Source: an uncultured Lachnospiraceae bacterium
GTDB taxonomy: Bacteria > Bacillota > Clostridia > Lachnospirales > Lachnospiraceae
Length of the DNA: 64,000 nucleotides
Assembly (NCBI GenBank): GCA_947176965.1
Contig: CAMWSU010000001.1
Coordinates: forward strand, 68,888 to 132,887
Direction: 5' to 3'
The position numbers were made by a program, and so were the translations under genes. Position 1 is the stretch's first letter; every line of letters starts with the position of its first letter. The notes below the pieces were generated by a model, which did no database searches, was not told where the DNA came from, and was given only the letters and a program-made list of their open reading frames with translations. Positions 57,785-64,000 of the stretch are shown here, one piece after another.

Positions 57785-58600
57785 ATGGTACGTTCTTTAT
57801 GGTCGGCGGCAACGGGCATGATCGCCCAGCAGCTGAATGTGGACACGATCGCACATAACCTTTCCAATGTGAATACGACGGGTTATAAGACAGATGTGGC
57901 GGAGTTTCAATCCCTGCTGTATCAGACGCTTCAAACGCGGACAACTTCCGCAAATGGGGAGGAGAAACCGGGAAGCGCACAGGTTGGTCTGGGTGTGCGC
58001 AATTCATCCATCAGTTCCATTTTTACGCAGGGTGAGATGAGAGAATCGACGAGCCCTACGGCGTTTGCGATTGAGGGAGAGGGATTTTTCTCCATTCGCG
58101 GGTTGGACGGCGGCACCTATTATACAAGAAATGGTAACTTCTTTATTTCGGAAGGAAATGATGGGCTGACACTCTGTACGGCAGAGGGTTATCCGGTGCT
58201 GGATACAGAGGGGGACGAGATCGTGTTCGATCCGGATATGATCGTGAGCAAGATCACGATTACCGATCAGGGAAGCTTCTGCTACCCGGACGAGACAAAC
58301 AATCCACGTGAGCTTGGCATGACGATCGGCGTATACCAGTTCAATAATCCGACAGGTCTGTATAAGACGGACGGCGGATATTATCAGGAGACACCGGCGA
58401 GCGGGGACGCAATGAACGAGGCGGAAAACAACGCGCTGAAAAAGAGCAAGATCGTTCAGGGCTATTTGGAGGCATCCAACGTCAAGGTCGTGGATGAGAT
58501 GGTGAATCTGATCATTGCGCAGCGCGCTTATGAGATGAATTCCAAGGCGATCACGACGACGGATGAAATGATGCAGACGGCAAATCAGTTAAAGAGCTAA
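57785..58600 (+). CDS. flgG: Flagellar basal-body rod protein FlgG/FlhP-like
   Basis: MVRSLWSAATGMIAQQLNVDTIAHNLSNVNTTGYK...GYLEASNVKVVDEMVNLIIAQRAYEMNSKA. Confidence 0.85.
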   Translation: MVRSLWSAATGMIAQQLNVDTIAHNLSNVNTTGYKTDVAEFQSLLYQTLQTRTTSANGEEKPGSAQVGLGVRNSSISSIFTQGEMRESTSPTAFAIEGEGFFSIRGLDGGTYYTRNGNFFISEGNDGLTLCTAEGYPVLDTEGDEIVFDPDMIVSKITITDQGSFCYPDETNNPRELGMTIGVYQFNNPTGLYKTDGGYYQETPASGDAMNEAENNALKKSKIVQGYLEASNVKVVDEMVNLIIAQRAYEMNSKAITTTDEMMQTANQLKS

Positions 58601-58773
58601 TAGATTAAAAAATCAAAGATTTTTCTAAAGCGAACAAGTTCGCTTTGCAAATTTGTGCTGACGCCCAAATTCGCGGGCTATTGGCAGCATAGGTGATTAG
58701 TGTGAGAAGTACTAATTCTCCGCACAAATATGAGATTCCGCGAAGCGGAATCGGCAGAAAAGAGGGCTTATCT

Positions 58774-59139
58774 ATGGATATGAGCGGTCTTACACTGGGA
58801 TATAATGATTACCTGAGCATGGCGAAGGATGTTTCGGCGACGAAGACGGAAAATGCGGCAAACGCCATAAGCAAGGATTCGACGGACGAAGAACTGATGA
58901 GCGCCTGCAAGCAGTTTGAATCCTATCTGCTGGAACAGGTATTTAAGGAAATGCAAAAGACGATCTCCTTTGATGACGATGAGAAGTCACCTTCTATCGG
59001 CTTTTCCATGGGGGGAGACGACAGTCTGACGGAATACTTTAAGGAGCAGGCGATCGCCACCCTTGCCTCTGATTCCACTGAGAGGAGCGGTCTGGGAATC
59101 GCGCAGATGCTGTACGAGGCAATGAAGCGCGGACAGTAG
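58774..59139 (+). CDS. Rod-binding (FlgJ N-terminal-like) protein
   Basis: ACKQFESYLLEQVFKEMQKT is the Rod_binding motif. ATG 58774 follows AAGAGGG. Confidence 0.7.
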   Translation: MDMSGLTLGYNDYLSMAKDVSATKTENAANAISKDSTDEELMSACKQFESYLLEQVFKEMQKTISFDDDEKSPSIGFSMGGDDSLTEYFKEQAIATLASDSTERSGLGIAQMLYEAMKRGQ

Positions 59140-59207
59140 CGCTGTGGGCTGACGACGGACCGGTAAGAATCATTCACATTGAGAAGTAAAAGAACAACCG
59201 GATAGAG

Positions 59208-59235
59208 AAAGGCTGCTTACCGAAGCAGCCTTTTT
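59208..59235 (+). terminator. Rho-independent terminator
   Basis: AAAGGCTGCTT-ACCG-AAGCAGCCTTT followed by TT. Confidence 0.85.
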
Positions 59236-59290
59236 GCGCGCATCAGGGGTTGTTTGTGCCGCAGGCAGGTCTGCGGTATGGGGGTATATC

Positions 59291-61531
59291 ATGGAGACGA
59301 TAAAGGGCTATGTGGAGCATGTGATCTATCGCAATGAGGATAACCATTACACGGTGCTGGAGCTTGTTGTGGACGGAAAGGCGACGACTGTTACGGGAAC
59401 GTTTGACAGCGCTTCCGAGGGGGAGACGATCGAGGCAGAGGGAGAATTTGTCAAGCATGCGATCTACGGAAAACAATTTAAGATGAGCAGTTATCGGAGC
59501 ATGCTGCCGGACGATGTGCTTTCCATTGAACGTTACCTTGGCTCGGGCGCGGTCAAAGGGATCGGGGAATCCCTCGCGGCACGCATTGTCGCCCGTTTTG
59601 GCGAGGACACCTTTACCATCATAGAGAAAGAGCCGGAGCGTCTTTCGGAGATCAAAGGGATCAGCGAGCGCAAGGCGCGTGAAATTGCCGCGCAGCTTGA
59701 GGATAAAAAAGGAACGCGCGACGCGATGATGTTTTTGCAGAAATACGGCATCACAAACACGATGGCGATCAAGATCTATCAACAGTACGGCGCGGAAATA
59801 TATGGAATTTTGCAGGAAAACCCGTATCGTCTTGCCGAGGAAGTGGAAGGCATCGGTTTTAAGGCGGCGGATGAGATCGCGGCGAAGATCGGCATTCATG
59901 TGGATTCCGACTACCGCATCCGAAGCGGACTGCTGTACATACTGCTGCTTGCGGGAGGGGAGGGACATCTCTTTCTGCCGCTGCCCGTCCTGCGCGCACG
60001 GACGGCAGAGCTTTTAGGACTTTCGGAGGAGGCGGTCGATCCGGTCATTCCCAATATGGCGATGGATAAAAAACTGGTAATCAAAAATCAGGGCGGCGTG
60101 GCGGCAGTATATGGGAGCAGCGCCTATTATACGGAGTTAGACTGTGCACGCATGCTGCATGATCTGATGCTTGTAACTGGGGGAGAAGATCCGAAGGAGG
60201 ATGAGAGGCTTCACCTCAGCATTGCGCGGATCGAGGAGGAGCAGCAGCTTACCTTGGACGAATTGCAGCGTCGCGCGGTCGCGGAGGCGATGAAGAACGG
60301 CGTCTTCATTCTTTCGGGCGGTCCCGGAACCGGAAAAACGACAACGACGAAGGCGATCATTGAGCTGCTTGACAAAGAAGGAATGGAGTTTCAACTTGCG
60401 GCGCCGACAGGACGTGCCGCCAAGCGGATGCAGGAGACGACCGGCTATGAGGCGCGGACGATTCACCGTCTGCTGGAATTGAACGGGGCGGTCACGGAGC
60501 AGGGACGGCGCGTGCGGTTTGAGCGCAATGAGGAAAATCCGTTGGAAGCGGACGCGATCATCATTGATGAGATGTCGATGGTGGATATTTACTTATTTCA
60601 TGCGCTGTTAAAAGCAGTCACGGTCGGCACGAGGCTGATTCTGGTGGGGGATGCGAACCAGCTTCCGAGTGTCGGACCGGGACAGGTGCTTCGCGACCTG
60701 ATGGGGAGCGGCTGTTTCCCGATGGTCGTATTAAACAAGATCTTCCGGCAGGCGGAGGAGAGCGACATTGTTGTCAACGCGCACCGGATCCATGAGGGAA
60801 AGGAGATCGCATTGGATAACCGGAGCAAGGATTTCTTTTTTCTGGAACGGGACCAAGTGAATGTAATCTACAAGCATATGATCCAGCTCATCACGGGGAA
60901 AATGCCCGCCTATGTGAACGCACAGCCTTTTGAGATCCAGGTGCTGACGCCGATGCGCAAGGGGGCGCTCGGTGCGGAAAACCTGAACCGGATTTTGCAG
61001 CAGTACTTAAATCCGGCATCTCCCGATAAAAAAGAATACGCCTTTGGGGAAAACGTGTTCCGCGAGGGAGATAAAGTAATGCAGATCAAAAATAATTACC
61101 AGCTCGAATGGGAGGTGCTTGGCGCCTATCAGATTCCTGTTGACAGGGGGACGGGAGTCTTTAACGGCGATATGGGGCGTATTGTTTCCGTGGATGAGAC
61201 GGCGCGCATCCTGCGGGTGCAGTTTGATGAGGGGCGCATCGTGGACTATGAGTTTGCGAATCTGGAGGAATTGGAGCTTGCCTATGCGATCACGATCCAT
61301 AAGTCGCAGGGCAGTGAATATCCGGGCATCATCATGCCGCTTTTGTCCGCTCCGCGCATGCTCTTAAACCGGAACCTGCTTTATACGGGCATCACGAGGG
61401 CGCGCGGCTGTGTGACGATTTTGGGGAGCCGGCAGACGATCGCGCAGATGATCGCCAATGTGGATGAGCAGAAGCGCCATACGGGGCTGGTCTACCGTTT
61501 GAGAGAGTTGATCCGGAAAGAAGAGGAATGA
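59291..61531 (+). CDS. recD2: ATP-dependent RecD2-type (SF1B) DNA helicase
   Basis: ILSGGPGTGKTT Walker A, IIIDEMSMVD, LVGDANQLPSVGPG and AITIHKSQGSE. The N-terminal OB/HhH region is typical of RecD2/YrrC. Confidence 0.93.
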   Translation: METIKGYVEHVIYRNEDNHYTVLELVVDGKATTVTGTFDSASEGETIEAEGEFVKHAIYGKQFKMSSYRSMLPDDVLSIERYLGSGAVKGIGESLAARIVARFGEDTFTIIEKEPERLSEIKGISERKAREIAAQLEDKKGTRDAMMFLQKYGITNTMAIKIYQQYGAEIYGILQENPYRLAEEVEGIGFKAADEIAAKIGIHVDSDYRIRSGLLYILLLAGGEGHLFLPLPVLRARTAELLGLSEEAVDPVIPNMAMDKKLVIKNQGGVAAVYGSSAYYTELDCARMLHDLMLVTGGEDPKEDERLHLSIARIEEEQQLTLDELQRRAVAEAMKNGVFILSGGPGTGKTTTTKAIIELLDKEGMEFQLAAPTGRAAKRMQETTGYEARTIHRLLELNGAVTEQGRRVRFERNEENPLEADAIIIDEMSMVDIYLFHALLKAVTVGTRLILVGDANQLPSVGPGQVLRDLMGSGCFPMVVLNKIFRQAEESDIVVNAHRIHEGKEIALDNRSKDFFFLERDQVNVIYKHMIQLITGKMPAYVNAQPFEIQVLTPMRKGALGAENLNRILQQYLNPASPDKKEYAFGENVFREGDKVMQIKNNYQLEWEVLGAYQIPVDRGTGVFNGDMGRIVSVDETARILRVQFDEGRIVDYEFANLEELELAYAITIHKSQGSEYPGIIMPLLSAPRMLLNRNLLYTGITRARGCVTILGSRQTIAQMIANVDEQKRHTGLVYRLRELIRKEEE

Positions 61532-62250
61532 AAAAGAAAAAAAGAATCGCAGAGATGCTCACGGGGCTGCTCTATCCGGCGCATTGCCCTGTCTGTGACG
61601 AAGTGCTCTCCGGTCCGCCGGGCGGCATCTGCACACCTTGCCGCGCACGTCTCCGGACGGTGAAAGATCCCTATTGTGTGAAGTGCGGAAAGCCGCTGCA
61701 TGACGGGCAGCTTGTTTATTGTCATGACTGCGGCACGGCAAAGCATATGTTTACGAGAGGACGCTCTCTATTCTATTATGAAGATATCCGCGAGTCCGTT
61801 TACCGGTTTAAGTATGAAGGAAGACAGGAGTATGCTTCTTTTTATGCGGATGAGGCGGTGCGTGTGCTGGGAGAAGAAATCCTGGCATGGCATGCCGAGG
61901 CGCTCATTCCGATCCCGCTGAATAAAGCGAAGCTGAAGAAGCGGGGATACAATCAGGCGGCCCTCTTTGCAGAGGCGCTGTCTGAGCGTTTAGACATTCC
62001 GGTTTTGGAGGGAGCGCTTGTCCGGGAGCGGAATACGGTACCGCAAAAAGGGCTGAATCGGGAAGAACGGCAAAAAAATCTGAAAAAGGCTTTCAAATTT
62101 ATACAAAATGATGTAAAATTAAAGACAATTATATTAATTGATGATATTTTTACAACTGGCAGCACCGTGGATGCGGCAGGAGCACTGCTGCAGCAGGCGG
62201 GAGTGGCGGATATTTATGTGATCACATTGGCTTCCGGCAACGGAATTTAG
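61528..62250 (+). CDS. comFC: ComF family protein (ComFC, phosphoribosyltransferase fold with N-terminal zinc finger)
   Basis: CPVC...C..C...C..CG...C..C zinc-ribbon region and PRT motif IILIDDIFTTGST. ATGA overlap with the recD2 stop. Confidence 0.9.
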   Translation: MKKKKRIAEMLTGLLYPAHCPVCDEVLSGPPGGICTPCRARLRTVKDPYCVKCGKPLHDGQLVYCHDCGTAKHMFTRGRSLFYYEDIRESVYRFKYEGRQEYASFYADEAVRVLGEEILAWHAEALIPIPLNKAKLKKRGYNQAALFAEALSERLDIPVLEGALVRERNTVPQKGLNREERQKNLKKAFKFIQNDVKLKTIILIDDIFTTGSTVDAAGALLQQAGVADIYVITLASGNGI

Positions 62251-62266
62251 AGAAGGAGTGGAAAGT

Positions 62267-62677
62267 ATGAACGTCAGAAATTGCAGGAAATGCGGAAGGA
62301 TTTTTAACTATGTGGCGGGACCTCACATTTGTCCGTCGTGTCGGGAGAAGCAGGAGGAGAAATTTCAGGAGGTAAAGAACTTTATCCGCGACAATAAGGA
62401 TGCGACGATCAACGTCGTCTCTGAGGAATGTGATGTGGAGATCCCACAGATTCAGCAGTGGATCCGTGAAGAGCGGCTTGCATTTTCTGATGATTCCCCG
62501 ATCGGCGTGAGCTGTGAAAACTGTGGAGCCATGATTAAAACAGGGCGTTTCTGCGAAAAATGTAAAAAAGGAATGGCAATGGATTTAAGCAATGCGATCC
62601 GTAAGCCGGAGGCACCGAAATTGGATCCGAAAAAGCAGGATCGCGAAAATCCGAAAATGAGATTCTTGGACAGATAA
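62267..62677 (+). CDS. Flagellar-region zinc-ribbon protein, YvyF-like
   Basis: MNVRNCRKCGRIFNYVAGPHICPSCREK...VSCENCGAMIKTGRFCEKC. It sits after comFC, as in Bacillus comFC-yvyF. Confidence 0.75.
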   Translation: MNVRNCRKCGRIFNYVAGPHICPSCREKQEEKFQEVKNFIRDNKDATINVVSEECDVEIPQIQQWIREERLAFSDDSPIGVSCENCGAMIKTGRFCEKCKKGMAMDLSNAIRKPEAPKLDPKKQDRENPKMRFLDR

Positions 62678-62693
62678 TTACTACGGGAGAGCT

Positions 62694-63095
62694 ATGTTAA
62701 ACGAAGAACGGATTATTATGATGACGCGGATGGCGGCCTATGAGAGCGGCGAAGGAAAAAAGGACGGCGCGATCGGGAGCTATTTCAGGGGCGATTATAT
62801 CGGACTTCAGGTATTGAAGTCCATTATCGGCGCGACCATTGCTTATTTTTTAGTGTGCGGCATCTATTTGTTATACCATTTTGAAACATTGTTAGACGGA
62901 ATTTATGAGATGGACCTGTGGGGAGTTGCGCGCAAGGCGGCGATTGCTTATATTGTGACGGTTGCCGTATATGCGCTCATTTCCTATGTCGTTTATTCCT
63001 ACAAATACGGAAAAGCGAAAAAAAAGCAGAAAGCATATATGAGCAGGCTGCGCCAGCTATCGCAGCTTTATCAGCTTGAGTCCAAAAACAAATAG
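62694..63095 (+). CDS. Small two-TM membrane protein, unknown function
   Basis: GGGAGAG RBS. Hydrophobic helices IIGATIAYFLVCGIYLLY and AAIAYIVTVAVYALISYVVY, with a basic C-terminal tail. Confidence 0.6.
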   Translation: MLNEERIIMMTRMAAYESGEGKKDGAIGSYFRGDYIGLQVLKSIIGATIAYFLVCGIYLLYHFETLLDGIYEMDLWGVARKAAIAYIVTVAVYALISYVVYSYKYGKAKKKQKAYMSRLRQLSQLYQLESKNK

Positions 63096-63114
63096 TCATA
63101 TTGAGAGGATGGTT

Positions 63115-64000
63115 ATGGCTACATTACTTGTCATAAAAGAAAAACTAAAGAGCTTTTACAGCAAATATGAGGCATATCTGGTTCCCGTGCTGAAATTTGC
63201 GGCAGCGTTTATTTCGCTGCTCCTTGTCAATAAGAGGCTGGGCTATATGACGCAGCTTAACAGCACCGCGATCGTACTGATCGTAGCGCTTTTGTGTTCG
63301 TTTCTGCCGCTTAATATTATCATCGTGATGGCGGCGGCATTTTCACTCGGTCATGTATATACCCTGTCATGGGAATGCGTGATCGTGCTGTTGGTGCTTT
63401 ATCTGCTCATGTTCTTATTGTATTTCCGCTTTTCGCCGAAGGATACCATTGCGGTGCTTCTGACGCCGATCTGTTTTGCGTTGAAGATTCCGGTCGTGAT
63501 GCCGCTTTCCATGGGACTTGTGGGAAGTCCGGCGTCTGTTGTATCCGTTGGCTGCGGTGTGATCGTCTATTATGTGTTGAGCTTTATTAACCGTAACGCA
63601 ACGGCGATCAACTCGTTGGATGCGGACGGCACGCTCGTGCGTTTCCGTTATTTTTTGGACGGGATCATGCATGACCGGGCGATGCTAGTGGCGGTCGCGG
63701 CATTTGCCGTGACGGTGATCGTTGTATACATTATCCGTAGGATGCCGGTAGACCACTGTTGGACGATCGCAATGATCACGGGTGCGTTGATGAGCATGGT
63801 CATTCTGATGTTCGGCGATCTGAAATATCATACCAATATTTCCATTATGGGAACGATCGTGGGGAGCATTGCGGCAGTCGGCATTGTGAAGGTTCTGCAG
63901 TTTTTTGTGTTCAATGTCGATTATAGCAGGACGGAACACATACAATTTGAAGATGATGAATATTATTATTATGTTAAGGCAGTTCCTAAGATGACAGTGG
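63115..64000 (+). CDS. Polytopic membrane protein, unknown function (3' end outside window)
   Basis: ATG 63115 follows GAGAGGA. The frame stays open to the window end (>=295 aa) with at least 7 hydrophobic helices. It is not in the ORF track because no stop lies within the window. Confidence 0.6.
   Translation, partial: MATLLVIKEKLKSFYSKYEAYLVPVLKFAAAFISLLLVNKRLGYMTQLNSTAIVLIVALLCSFLPLNIIIVMAAAFSLGHVYTLSWECVIVLLVLYLLMFLLYFRFSPKDTIAVLLTPICFALKIPVVMPLSMGLVGSPASVVSVGCGVIVYYVLSFINRNATAINSLDADGTLVRFRYFLDGIMHDRAMLVAVAAFAVTVIVVYIIRRMPVDHCWTIAMITGALMSMVILMFGDLKYHTNISIMGTIVGSIAAVGIVKVLQFFVFNVDYSRTEHIQFEDDEYYYYVKAVPKMTV

Overview
The window looks like a Clostridia chromosome, Lachnospiraceae-like, about 50% GC, with nearly all genes on the + strand. 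All family calls come from reading the translations by eye; no database search was run.

Positions 1-26,100 hold a beta-mannan utilisation locus of the epimerase/phosphorylase type. It contains an AGE-family epimerase fragment, two GH130 phosphorylases, a CBM35-GH26 mannanase lipoprotein, an SGNH acetyl-mannan esterase, a LacI regulator and an in-frame GH1-mannose-6-phosphate isomerase fusion. The locus carries two separate sugar ABC importers and no ATPase gene.

Several uncharacterised genes sit inside this locus:
- a ~1000-aa binding protein with two CBM-like modules
- a translationally coupled NHL-propeller / Yip1 / ~860-aa unknown-protein trio
- a lipoprotein with three near-identical 128-aa tandem repeats
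- two DUF624/YesL-like membrane proteins

These genes are the best candidate for an undescribed system in this window.

Positions 26,100-64,000 are housekeeping genes in a Bacillus-like order:
- aminotransferase, uppP, and a K/A/P-rich small protein
- CIRCE-hrcA-grpE-dnaK-dnaJ-prmA, a ~200-nt rod-like palindromic element, then rsmE, a cysteine desulfurase-thiI pair, a His15-less HPr-like gene on the minus strand, and mtaB
- ireB-ruvX-DUF1292-rnj-ylbF-like, a truncated mltG-like gene, an O-methyltransferase and a U32 peptidase
- type III glutamine synthetase, an SH3-SGNH hydrolase, and a zinc-ribbon protein on the minus strand
- a LexA box followed by uvrB-uvrA
- mreB and two flagellar rod genes plus a rod-binding protein
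- recD2-comFC-yvyF-like and two membrane proteins

I found no rRNA, tRNA, CRISPR array, transposase, integrase or phage gene. Two families of conserved intergenic hairpin modules recur downstream of genes.
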